Assembly (NCBI GenBank): GCA_035570495.1
Contig: DATMLO010000127.1
Coordinates: 5,173-69,172 of the forward strand
Length of the DNA stretch: 64,000 nucleotides
Direction of reading: 5' to 3'
Source: Stellaceae bacterium
Lineage (GTDB): Bacteria; Pseudomonadota; Alphaproteobacteria; ATCC43930; CGMCC-115725
The first letter of the stretch is position 1, and each line of letters starts with the position of its first letter. A program made the position numbers and the translations under genes. The notes below the pieces were generated by a model. The model made no database searches. It was not told the origin of the DNA and saw only the letters and a list, made by a program, of their open reading frames with translations. Below are positions 27,099 through 36,150 of the stretch, piece after piece.

Positions 27099-27264
27099 AT
27101 GAGCACGATTGCGATTTTGTCAAGAACATAATAGGAACAAACGCCAGACTCATCATCGACCGTTTGATGTCGCTTTGGCCATGATTTTCCTTCGTGTATC
27201 TTCATACAAAATCGAAACGAGCACGCCCCGACACAGGGGCGGCACGAACAGGAAGGAGCCCAAA

Positions 27265-28635
27265 ATGACGCAGATCACCAGACGTGCGGTGCTTCGCAAC
27301 TCGCTGGCTGTCGCCGCAGCTGGGTCGCTCGCGCGCCCGTTCATCGCCAATGCCGCGGCCTCAACGGCGACTGTGTGGTGGACCCAGGGCTTCGTCCCGG
27401 AAGAGGACACAGCCTTCAAAAAGCTGGTCGACGACTATGAGAAACAGAGCGGCAATACGATCGATTTCAGCCTGATCCCGTTCGCACCGTTGAACCAGAA
27501 GACCGTCTCGGCATTCACCAGCGGTGATGTGCCTGACATCATCGACATCAACACCGACGTTCTGGCGCCGCAAAACGCCTGGGATGACAAGATGGTCGAG
27601 GTCGGCGACGTCGTCGACACACAGAAGGACGCCTACCACCCGACGGTCTATCTGGCGACGCAGTACTACAACAACGCGGCGAAGAAGCGCGGCATGTACA
27701 TAGTGCCGTACAAGACTGCCGTCGTTCCCTTCCACATCTGGAATTCGCTGGTCGAAAAGGCCGGCTTCAAGTTGTCGGACGCACCGAAGACATGGGATGC
27801 GTTCTGGGATTTCTTCAAGCCGATGCAGGCTAAGCTGCGAGATGCGGGCATGCGCAACGTCTATTCGATCGGTCTGCAATGCACCACGACCGGCCCGAAT
27901 GACGGCAACAACCTGTTCAACCATTTCCTGATTGCCAATGGCGGCAACGGTATCCTCACCAAGGACGGCAAGGTCCATCTTGACGATCCGCAGGTGAAGG
28001 AAGCCGCGATCAAGGCGATCGCCTACATCACCAAGACCTACAAGGATGGCTACGTTCCGTCAGGGGCACTGAGTTGGAACGACGCCGACGACAACAACGC
28101 CTTTCACTCGAAACTGTTCGTCATGGATTTCGACGGCACGATCTCGACCGAAGTCGCGATCAAGGACCAGGCCGAACGCGACGAGGTGACGACCATGGGG
28201 CTGCCGCTCGGCAACGACGGCAAACCGATGCCGGCGCAACTCGGGGTCGCCGCCGGCGTCATCCCGAAGGGCGCGAAGAACGTCGCTGTCGCCAAGGATT
28301 TCCTGAAATACCTGATCCAGCCGCAAGTCGCGAACAACTACCTAAAGGAGGGGCTTGGCCGCTTTCTCCCGGCGATGCCCGCGCTGGTCAAGAGCGACCC
28401 GTTCTGGTTGTCGAACCCGCAGCGCAAGGCCTACACGACCGAAGCGCTGTTGAGCGATACCGTGCCCAACTACCCGGTGCTCAACCCGGGCTGGGCGGAG
28501 GTCAACGCCCAACAAGTTTGGAGCGCGGCTGCGGCAGATGTCATCCGCAACGGCACCGATCCCACGGTGGCCACCGAAGCCGCCTTCAAAAAGGTCGAGG
28601 CGATCATCGCAAAATACCCGATCGTCGAGAGCTGA
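27265..28635 (+). CDS. ABC transporter substrate-binding protein, family 1 (sugar-type), orphan
   Basis: The ATG at 27265 follows GGAAGGAG. The signal peptide is Tat-like (MTQITRRAVLRNSLAVAAAGSLARPFIANAAA). No permease or ATPase gene is adjacent. Confidence 0.85.
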   Translation: MTQITRRAVLRNSLAVAAAGSLARPFIANAAASTATVWWTQGFVPEEDTAFKKLVDDYEKQSGNTIDFSLIPFAPLNQKTVSAFTSGDVPDIIDINTDVLAPQNAWDDKMVEVGDVVDTQKDAYHPTVYLATQYYNNAAKKRGMYIVPYKTAVVPFHIWNSLVEKAGFKLSDAPKTWDAFWDFFKPMQAKLRDAGMRNVYSIGLQCTTTGPNDGNNLFNHFLIANGGNGILTKDGKVHLDDPQVKEAAIKAIAYITKTYKDGYVPSGALSWNDADDNNAFHSKLFVMDFDGTISTEVAIKDQAERDEVTTMGLPLGNDGKPMPAQLGVAAGVIPKGAKNVAVAKDFLKYLIQPQVANNYLKEGLGRFLPAMPALVKSDPFWLSNPQRKAYTTEALLSDTVPNYPVLNPGWAEVNAQQVWSAAAADVIRNGTDPTVATEAAFKKVEAIIAKYPIVES

Positions 28636-28725
28636 GGGCGGCATGCCGGTGGTAGTTGACGGCGGTCACCCGCAGCAAGGCAATCACTGGGTCTGACGAC
28701 GAGAATCGAGCTGTCTTTCCTCCAT

Positions 28726-28760
28726 TTCGTCATCGCCGGGTCAAGCCCGGCCATGACGAA
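28726..28760. repeat. palindromic REP-like element (TTCGTCATCGCCGGG tcaa GCCCGGCCATGACGAA)
   Basis: It forms an imperfect hairpin of about 15 bp between the convergent SBP and ftsK genes. The sequence type is one I recognise as recurrent in alphaproteobacterial intergenic DNA. Confidence 0.6.
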
Positions 28761-28780
28761 GAACGGCTGGTTAGAGTTAT

Positions 28781-31288
28781 CTAACGCGGTGGGGGCGCCA
28801 GCACCTCGCGGCGGCCGACGTGGTTGGCGCCGCCGACGACGCCTTCCTCCTCCATGCGCTCGATGATGCGCGCGGCGCGGTTGTAGCCGATCTGCAGGTG
28901 GCGCTGGACAAAACTGGTCGAGGCCTTGCGCTCGCGGGTCACGAGGGCGACGGCCTGGTCGTAAAGCTGGTCGCCGCCGCTCGACACGTCGTCCTCGTCG
29001 AGCCCAAAGCCGCCGCCGGCGCCGCCGCCCTTGTCGTCCTCGGTAATCTCGTCGACGTAGTCGGGGGTGGCGCGCGTCTTGAGGTGGGAGACGACACGCT
29101 CGACCTCCTCGTCGGACACAAAGGGGCCGTGCACGCGGGTGACGCGGCCGCCGCCCGCCATGTAGAGCATGTCGCCGCGGCCGAGGAGCTGCTCGGCGCC
29201 GCCCTCGCCCAGGATCGTGCGGCTGTCGATCTTGGAGGTGACCTGAAAGCTGATGCGGGTCGGGAAATTGGCCTTGATCGTGCCGGTGATGACATCGACC
29301 GAGGGGCGCTGCGTCGCCATGATGATGTGGATGCCGGCGGCGCGCGCCATCTGCGCCAGGCGCTGCACCGAGGCCTCGATGTCCTTGCCGGCGACCAGCA
29401 TAAGGTCGGCCATCTCGTCGACGATGACGATGACGAGCGGCAGCTCGGTGAGGTCGAAGGGCTGCTCCTCGATGATCGGATGGCCGGTCTCCGGGTCAAA
29501 GCCGGTCTGCACCTTGCGCACCAGCGTCTCGCCCTTCTCGCGCGCCTCGAGGATGCGGGCGTTGAAGCCCTCGATGCTGCGCACGCCGAGCTTTGACATC
29601 ATCTGGTAGCGGCGCTCCATCTCGCGCACGGTCCATTTGAGCGCGAGCACCGCCTTCCTGGGATCGGTGACGACCGGCGCCAGGAGATGCGGAATGCCGT
29701 CATAGACCGACAGTTCCAGCATCTTCGGATCGACCATGATGAATTTGCAGCGGTCGGGCGGCATCCGATAGAGGATGGAGAGGATCATCGTGTTGATGCC
29801 GACCGACTTGCCCGAGCCGGTGGTGCCGGCGATCAGCAGATGCGGCATGCGCGCGAGGTCGGCGACGACCGCCTCGCCGCCGATGTCCTTGCCGAGCGCG
29901 AGCGCGAGCCGGCCTTGGTGCTTCTCGTAGGCCGGGGAGTCGAGCAACTCGCGGAGATAGACGGTCTCGGCCCGGGTGTTGGGGAGCTCGATGCCGATCA
30001 CGCTCCTGCCCGGCACCACCGCGACGCGCACCGAGATCGCGCTCATCGAGCGGGCGATGTCGTCGGCAAGGCCGATGACGCGCGACGCCTTGATACCCGG
30101 CGCCGGCTCCAGCTCATAAAGGGTGACGACCGGGCCGGGGCGCACCTGCACGATCTCGCCGCGCACGCCGTAATCCTCGAGCACGGCTTCCAAGAGCCGG
30201 GCGTTTTTCTGCAGCGCCTCCTCGTCGATCGTCTCGGATTTGGCGACGGGCGGTTTCACCAGCAGCTCGATCGGCGGCAGGATCGGCTGACCGTCGAGGT
30301 CGAGCACCGATTGGCGCTCGAACTCGGCGCGGCGGCCGGAGCTCACCGAGCGCGTGCCGGGCAACACCAGGCGCGCAAGCCGGTTGCCGGCGGACTGCGG
30401 TTCGGACACAGGCTCGACGACGACGGGACGCAGCGGGGTGACGCGCGCGGGGCTCGTCGCCGGGCCGGGGAAGTTCGGCTCGTGACGCGCCTCGCCGGGC
30501 GCGTTCGCGGCCGCCCGCGGACGCGCCCAGGGCAGCGGATGCTGCGGCCCGAGCCTCGGGTCGATCGCGGGCGCGCGCTCGCGCCGGGCGGCGCGCCAGC
30601 GCGAGACGGTGCGCGCGCCAAAGCCGACCGCGGCCGCCGCGCCGACACCCGACACGGCGGCAAGCCGCGCCGCGTTGCGGCCGGCGCCGCTGCCGACGTC
30701 GCGCCAGTCGCCCCAGGAAAGGCCCATGACCGACAGCAGCAAGAGCGCGGTCAGCGCCGCCGCGCCCATCGCCAGCGGCAGCTCGAGCCCGGCGAGGCCA
30801 ACGGCCTGCACGAGATGCTGCATCCCCCAACCGAGCGCGCCGCCGGCACCAGCGGGCAGCGGGATCGGCTTGAACTGCAGGATCGACACGGCATAAGCGC
30901 CGAGCAGCAGCGCCGGCATCACCATCAAGAGCCGGCGCGACATGTGCTGCGGCGGCCGCTGCAGCATCAAGCGGAGCGCCCAGCCGAGCAGGATCAGCGG
31001 GATGATGAAGGCGGCGAGCCCCAGGCTTTGCACCAGGCAGTCGGCGACGAGCGCGCCGTCGCGGCCGAGGAAATTGCTCGGCGTCGCGTCACCCGCGGTG
31101 TTGAGCGACGGGTCGGCCGGGTTGTAGGTGAAGAGGGCGACAGCGACGAGAAAGCAGACGATGACCAGCACCGCGCCAAGCCCTTCCCAGAGGCGGCGCT
31201 TGAACGACGCGACCATCGCGTTCCAGCTGTCGACCTGATGATTGACCCGCTGGCTGAAGCCGCGGGCAAGCGGTGCCGATTTGGCCAT
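28781..31288 (-). CDS. ftsK: DNA translocase FtsK
   Basis: It has N-terminal TM helices, a Pro/Ala-rich linker, a motor domain with LLIAGTTGSGKSVGIN and VIVIVDEMADLM, and a C-terminal gamma domain (VTRERKASTSFVQRHLQIGYNRAARIIE). The ATG at 31288 is preceded by GGGGGA. An alternative TTG start lies at 31303. Confidence 0.97.
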   Translation of the reverse strand: MAKSAPLARGFSQRVNHQVDSWNAMVASFKRRLWEGLGAVLVIVCFLVAVALFTYNPADPSLNTAGDATPSNFLGRDGALVADCLVQSLGLAAFIIPLILLGWALRLMLQRPPQHMSRRLLMVMPALLLGAYAVSILQFKPIPLPAGAGGALGWGMQHLVQAVGLAGLELPLAMGAAALTALLLLSVMGLSWGDWRDVGSGAGRNAARLAAVSGVGAAAAVGFGARTVSRWRAARRERAPAIDPRLGPQHPLPWARPRAAANAPGEARHEPNFPGPATSPARVTPLRPVVVEPVSEPQSAGNRLARLVLPGTRSVSSGRRAEFERQSVLDLDGQPILPPIELLVKPPVAKSETIDEEALQKNARLLEAVLEDYGVRGEIVQVRPGPVVTLYELEPAPGIKASRVIGLADDIARSMSAISVRVAVVPGRSVIGIELPNTRAETVYLRELLDSPAYEKHQGRLALALGKDIGGEAVVADLARMPHLLIAGTTGSGKSVGINTMILSILYRMPPDRCKFIMVDPKMLELSVYDGIPHLLAPVVTDPRKAVLALKWTVREMERRYQMMSKLGVRSIEGFNARILEAREKGETLVRKVQTGFDPETGHPIIEEQPFDLTELPLVIVIVDEMADLMLVAGKDIEASVQRLAQMARAAGIHIIMATQRPSVDVITGTIKANFPTRISFQVTSKIDSRTILGEGGAEQLLGRGDMLYMAGGGRVTRVHGPFVSDEEVERVVSHLKTRATPDYVDEITEDDKGGGAGGGFGLDEDDVSSGGDQLYDQAVALVTRERKASTSFVQRHLQIGYNRAARIIERMEEEGVVGGANHVGRREVLAPPPR

Positions 31289-31390
31289 GTCGTGGTCCCC
31301 CAACCACTCCGTGGTCTTCCAGGCGCCGGTCTTTCCCCCGAAATTCCGGCGCCGCGTCTCGTCCTGCCGCCCCGGGGCTAGAAGACCCGG

Positions 31391-32584
31391 CTACAACGCC
31401 CGGCGCATCCGCGCGAACGCGGCGTCGAGCGTCGCCTCGTCATGGACGACCGCGACACGAATATACTCGCTCCCCGGGTTCTTACCAGCATTCGCCGCGC
31501 GGGCGGTATAGCCGCCGGGCAGCACGCGGATCGCCGCGTCGCGCCACAGCCGCAGCGCGGCTTGCTCGCCATCGCCGACATCGAGCCACAAAAAGAACCC
31601 GCCCGCCGGCCGGTAAAAGCCGTAACGCCCGGCGAACGCCGCCTCGGCGAGATCGAACTTGCGGCGATAGAGCGCCCGATTCTCGATGACATGCGCCTCG
31701 TCGCGCCACAACGCCGTCGCCGCCCACTGGACGGGCAGCGGCACCTGACAGCCGCCAAAATCCCGCAGACGCTTGAACTCGCCGACGAGCTTCGGGTCGC
31801 CGGCGACAAAGCCGGAGCGCAGGCCCGCCGAACTCGACCGCTTCGAGAGGGAGTGAAAGACGACCACGTTGGTGAAATCGCCACCTAACGCCTGGCAGGC
31901 TTCGAGCGCGCCGGGCGGCGGGACCGTGTCGTAAAGCTCGGCATAGCACTCGTCGGCGGCGAGCACGAAATCGTATTCGCGCGCGAGGCGGATCGCCTTT
32001 TTCAGGTATTCGAGGTCGGCGATCGTGCCCTGCGGGTTTGACGGCGAGCACAGATAGAACAGCGCGCAACGCTCGAGCGTCGCCTTGGGAATCTCGTCGA
32101 GATCGGGGAGGAAGGCGTTGTCGCGCGTCGCGTCGAGAAACACCGCCTCGGCGCCAGCCATCGTCGCCGCGCCGTTATAGACGAGGTAATACGGGTTGGG
32201 CACCAGCACGACCGGCTTCTGCCCGGCCTTCTCGCGCGGCACGACCACGCTCGAAAAAAGATAAAGCCCCTCCTTGGTGCCGGCGAGCGTCGCGACATGC
32301 TTTTCGATGTCGAGCGCGCCGGGCTTCAGCTTGTAGCGAAAGGTCAGCCAGTCGACGATCGCCTGGCGCAGCTCGGGCGTGCCGGCCATCGGCGGGTACT
32401 TGTTCCACTCATGCGCATGCGCCACCAGGGTCTCGGTAAGCAGCGCCGGCGGCTGATGCTGCGGCTCGCCGACCGACATCAGGATCGGCGCGTCATTGAC
32501 CCGCGGCGTCACCGGATTGAGGAGCGCCCGCAGCGCCTCGAACGGGTAATCGCTGAGGCTGTCGAGTTCGGGATTGAGCGGCAC
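31391..32584 (-). CDS. class I/II pyridoxal-phosphate aminotransferase (DapC/AlaA-like)
   Basis: LSDYPFEALRALL... and HSLSKRSSSAGLRSG (PLP-lysine context) are present. It is 397 aa long. Confidence 0.85.
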   Translation of the reverse strand: MPLNPELDSLSDYPFEALRALLNPVTPRVNDAPILMSVGEPQHQPPALLTETLVAHAHEWNKYPPMAGTPELRQAIVDWLTFRYKLKPGALDIEKHVATLAGTKEGLYLFSSVVVPREKAGQKPVVLVPNPYYLVYNGAATMAGAEAVFLDATRDNAFLPDLDEIPKATLERCALFYLCSPSNPQGTIADLEYLKKAIRLAREYDFVLAADECYAELYDTVPPPGALEACQALGGDFTNVVVFHSLSKRSSSAGLRSGFVAGDPKLVGEFKRLRDFGGCQVPLPVQWAATALWRDEAHVIENRALYRRKFDLAEAAFAGRYGFYRPAGGFFLWLDVGDGEQAALRLWRDAAIRVLPGGYTARAANAGKNPGSEYIRVAVVHDEATLDAAFARMRRAL

Positions 32585-32714
32585 GGCGAGTCCTCGGCGA
32601 GGTTATTTGCCGCGAGACTATGTGATCGGACGCGCGCTGTCATTTCCGGGTCATCGCCGATGGTTACGGTGGCTCGCGTCCCCAAATCCGACCTACGTCG
32701 TCCGACGGCAGGAC

Positions 32715-33308
32715 TTAAACTTTCTGCGCGACAAAGCGTATCGCGCGAACCGGGGTCAAGGCCGAGGGAAATTTCACGCCGTATTGCAGCACAAATCGGC
32801 CGAGCGGAATGCGATCTATTACGGGCGGGCTACCGCAATATCGTTCTATCGTCTGGGCAATCGTGTCGACGGCGAACTGGAACGTTGGCGGATGCCTGAT
32901 AAGCCGCTCGATGACGGCACGCGACGGGCGATATAGCAGTTTTTCGATCAGGTGGAACCAGCGGGGCACACACGACTCGACAACAATCAACCGGCCACCG
33001 GGGCGCAGCACTCGCGTCGCTTCGGCGATGGCGCGATCCAAGTTGGCGGTGCAGTCGCGCCAAGTCCGCCCGACCAGATGATGCAGCAGCATTACCATCA
33101 ACACGCCGTCATGCGTTGCATCGGGTCTCGGCAACTTCAGAGCGTCGCCGGCGATGAACGTGACGTTTTTTGGCCTTCCTTCGAGCGGCAGCGAGTCAAC
33201 TGCTAGATCAACCGCCGTGATGACCCCTACGACCGATGTGTCATAGTCAAACACGCCCCCGTTTCCTATATCGAGCAGGTCGCCCATCCCCTGGATTGCT
33301 GTTGTCAC
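32715..33308 (-). CDS. class I SAM-dependent methyltransferase (start uncertain)
   Basis: LLDIGNGG (motif I) and VLRPGGRLIV are present. The ORF tracker start is a GTG, but the coding-like frame stays open about 165 nt further upstream with no ATG, GTG or TTG. Confidence 0.65.
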   Translation of the reverse strand: MTTAIQGMGDLLDIGNGGVFDYDTSVVGVITAVDLAVDSLPLEGRPKNVTFIAGDALKLPRPDATHDGVLMVMLLHHLVGRTWRDCTANLDRAIAEATRVLRPGGRLIVVESCVPRWFHLIEKLLYRPSRAVIERLIRHPPTFQFAVDTIAQTIERYCGSPPVIDRIPLGRFVLQYGVKFPSALTPVRAIRFVAQKV

Positions 33309-33737
33309 AGCACGGTTGATGGCTTGGTAGCTGTCGATAGCCGCAATCGCGTCACGATAGGCGCCATCACCATCGAGGAAATAGCGTTCGTTCGCCGCCG
33401 CCGCGGACCGCGGCTGGCCGACCTGATCAGCCAGGGAACATCTCGCTAGCAGCCTTCGCAGTGACGTTGGTGGTTACGTCCACCATACGCGATTATCAAA
33501 GCACCGCACGGCTTATGTGCACTGCGAGTGCGCATTCTACCTCGCCGGAGCCCGGCAAGCGTCAGCGCACCGGTGCGCGCAGGGCTGAGTGGCCCTCACA
33601 CCGATGCTGACAAGCCGGGGCTTTGCAGAAACATTTTCGCGGCTCCTCAGTCCCATGGCTTGAGGCTTGGGAGCGGGGGCATGGACTACTCAGCGTTGCG
33701 ATTGCCAATCGTCCATCGCCGTAAGGGCGTGGCTCCG

Positions 33738-34154
33738 ATGAGCCCCAACGATGTCCTCGGCTGGGGTGCGGCGGCGCTGGTCTTTTCGACCTTCTACGCA
33801 CGCCAGATGACGCTCCTGCGAATGCTCGCGATCGCCAGCAATATCGGCTTTGTGGCGTACGGATACCTCAATCACCTATGGCCGGTCGTCGGCCTGCATG
33901 TCGCCATGCTGCCGCTCAACGTCATTCGTTTGCGTGAAATTCTTCGGGCCAGGGCTCGGGTGGAAAAAACCGCTACCCGGCCCATGGCAATCTTGCCCGT
34001 CGCCGCTGTCGGCGGGACGCACAAAAGGGAGCGCGCGGGAGGCTTTGAGCCCCCCGCGCCTCCTGATACTCGCCTTACCTCTGTCGAGCGCCGTCAGACC
34101 GTCAGATCGATCGCGAAGGATCGGGTCCTCGAGCCTTACCGCGCCGCCAGTTAG
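33738..34154 (+). CDS. small membrane protein (YgjV-like, three predicted TM helices)
   Basis: From the ATG at 33738, hydrophobic segments are LGWGAAALVFSTFY, MLAIASNIGFVAYGYL and WPVVGLHVAMLPL. The C-terminal tail is low-complexity. Confidence 0.4.
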   Translation: MSPNDVLGWGAAALVFSTFYARQMTLLRMLAIASNIGFVAYGYLNHLWPVVGLHVAMLPLNVIRLREILRARARVEKTATRPMAILPVAAVGGTHKRERAGGFEPPAPPDTRLTSVERRQTVRSIAKDRVLEPYRAAS

Positions 34155-34339
34155 CCGCGAACCATCGGCACCGCAGGCGGCGGTGGCGGCGGCGGGGCCG
34201 GAGCCATCGGCGGCGGTGGCGGCGGAGCGGGCGCCGGAACGGGAGCACATGCCGCGAGCAACGCGGGAAGTACGACGGCGATAAGGGCTGCCTTACGCAA
34301 CTGCCTGAGGCGAGCCCTTGTTTCGGCAACGTTCAACAT
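34151..34339 (-). CDS. short proline-rich lipoprotein (62 aa precursor)
   Basis: It has a strong SD (GGAGGAAACAG-ATG) and a lipobox L-L-A-A-C. The mature part would be CAPVPAPAPPPPPPMAPAPPPPPPPAVPMVRG. Confidence 0.6.
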   Translation of the reverse strand: MLNVAETRARLRQLRKAALIAVVLPALLAACAPVPAPAPPPPPPMAPAPPPPPPPAVPMVRG

Positions 34340-34588
34340 CTGTTTCCTCCACAGTTGAGGGACTCACACAATACGACAATCGGAACGTGATTGACAGCAC
34401 AGCAACGTCGACACCGCATCGTGGTTCCAGCGCGAGCGCGCGAAAAGCCGATCGAGGTCGCCGCAACCCTCCGTGAACCCTATCCCGAGGGCCGGCGTAC
34501 CGGAGGTCGATCAACGAAAAACTTGCTTTTACCCGCGCTTGAAGCACCCTCGTCCCAGAGGGCACGATTCGTTTTCTGAGGCCATCGC

Positions 34589-36070
34589 GTGAAGGTTTTG
34601 CACCATCTCGATTCGGAACCGCGAACGCGCACCGCCGTTTTCCACCGGCGGCAGCGCAAGTCGTTGGCGGATCACGCTATCGGTGAGGCGATCTTGACGA
34701 GGGGTCTTCTGACATGCGGCGCAATGGCGTTGGCCGCGGCCTCGATGCTTGCCGCGCCGGCCGTTCTCGCGGCGGAACCTGGGGGAGCCTTCTCGCCGCC
34801 CGGCCCTGCGGCGGCTTCCATCAACGCCGATCTCGGCCAGCTGCTCGACAACACGCCGGAGCTGGTCGTCGCCGGTGAGCGGCTGAACGCCCCGTTGCTG
34901 CGACGTTTTTACGCGCGTCATGGGTTCGCCCCGGTATGGACGAACCGGCGGGCGCAGGCGATGTCGCTGATCAACGCCGTGCTGCAATCCGGCAACCAGG
35001 GCCTCCCGCCGGAGCTGTTCCACGCAAATCTGCTGCTGTCGTCCGCGACATTGACGCCGCTCGACCGCGAACTCCTGCTGTCGGACGCCTTCCTCTCCTA
35101 TGCCGACGCGCTGGCGCGCGGGATCATGCCGATCGAGCGCCGCCCGGACGACCAGGTTTTGACCCCCGAGCCGATCGATGTCGCCGCCGCGCTCGACGCC
35201 GCCATCGCCAGCCCCGATCCGGCGGCGGCGATCCAAACGCTGGCGCCGGCGACGCCGACCTACTTGGCGCTGCGCCAGGCTTTGCTGGATCTGCAGGCGG
35301 GGTCCCCGGCCCACGGCAAGACCGCGACGGCCCGCTGGCGCCAGATCGAGGTCAACCTCGAACGCGAACGCTGGCTGCCACGGCACCTGCCGGCCGACCG
35401 CGTCTGGGTCAATGTCGCCGACGAGCGGGCCGTGCTGTACCGCAACGATCAGCCGGTTTTCTCGACAAAGGTCATTGTCGGGCAAGATGTGCGGGTGAAC
35501 CAGAGCCCGGAATTCCAGGCCATGATCAGCGGAGTCATCTTCAATCCGCCCTGGAACATCCCCACGGATATCGCCAACAACGAGATCCTGCCAAAGATCA
35601 ACCAGGACCCGGATTATCTTGCCAAGCACAACATGATCATGCTGCCCGATGGCGTGGTGCAGCAGGTGGCGGGACCCAACTCGGGACTCGGGCAATTGAT
35701 GCTCGACATGCATAACCGGTTCGACGTCTACCTGCACGATACCCCGGGAAAGAATTTGTTCGCTCGCGATGACCGGCGCATCAGTCACGGATGCATCAGG
35801 GTCGAGAAACCCCGCGAACTGGCCGCGCTGCTGATGCAGCAACCGACCGATGCCATCGATCAAGCGATCGCGACGGGCAACACCACCGAAAGCCCCCTGC
35901 CGCAGTCCGTGCCGGTCTTCGTGACGTACGAGACCGCGTTCGCGGATGCTGATGGCAAGCTGCAAACCCGCCCTGACTTCTATGGCCGCGACGCCGAAAT
36001 ATGGCAATACCTCGACCCGGAACGGCGGGCGGTGGCGGAACGCGACGCGCCCGGCCAACGCGGGGGCTGA
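34589..36070 (+). CDS. L,D-transpeptidase family protein (YcbB-like)
   Basis: It has a signal peptide and a YkuD catalytic motif (LHDTPGKNLFARDDRRISHGCIRV). The start is GTG. Confidence 0.9.
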   Translation: MKVLHHLDSEPRTRTAVFHRRQRKSLADHAIGEAILTRGLLTCGAMALAAASMLAAPAVLAAEPGGAFSPPGPAAASINADLGQLLDNTPELVVAGERLNAPLLRRFYARHGFAPVWTNRRAQAMSLINAVLQSGNQGLPPELFHANLLLSSATLTPLDRELLLSDAFLSYADALARGIMPIERRPDDQVLTPEPIDVAAALDAAIASPDPAAAIQTLAPATPTYLALRQALLDLQAGSPAHGKTATARWRQIEVNLERERWLPRHLPADRVWVNVADERAVLYRNDQPVFSTKVIVGQDVRVNQSPEFQAMISGVIFNPPWNIPTDIANNEILPKINQDPDYLAKHNMIMLPDGVVQQVAGPNSGLGQLMLDMHNRFDVYLHDTPGKNLFARDDRRISHGCIRVEKPRELAALLMQQPTDAIDQAIATGNTTESPLPQSVPVFVTYETAFADADGKLQTRPDFYGRDAEIWQYLDPERRAVAERDAPGQRGG

Positions 36071-36150
36071 GTCCACAGCGAGCCGACCCGGGACAGCGGC
36101 CGGTGCGTTAACCGAACCCGCGATTGACGACAGCAACAACCGAGTTTCAT

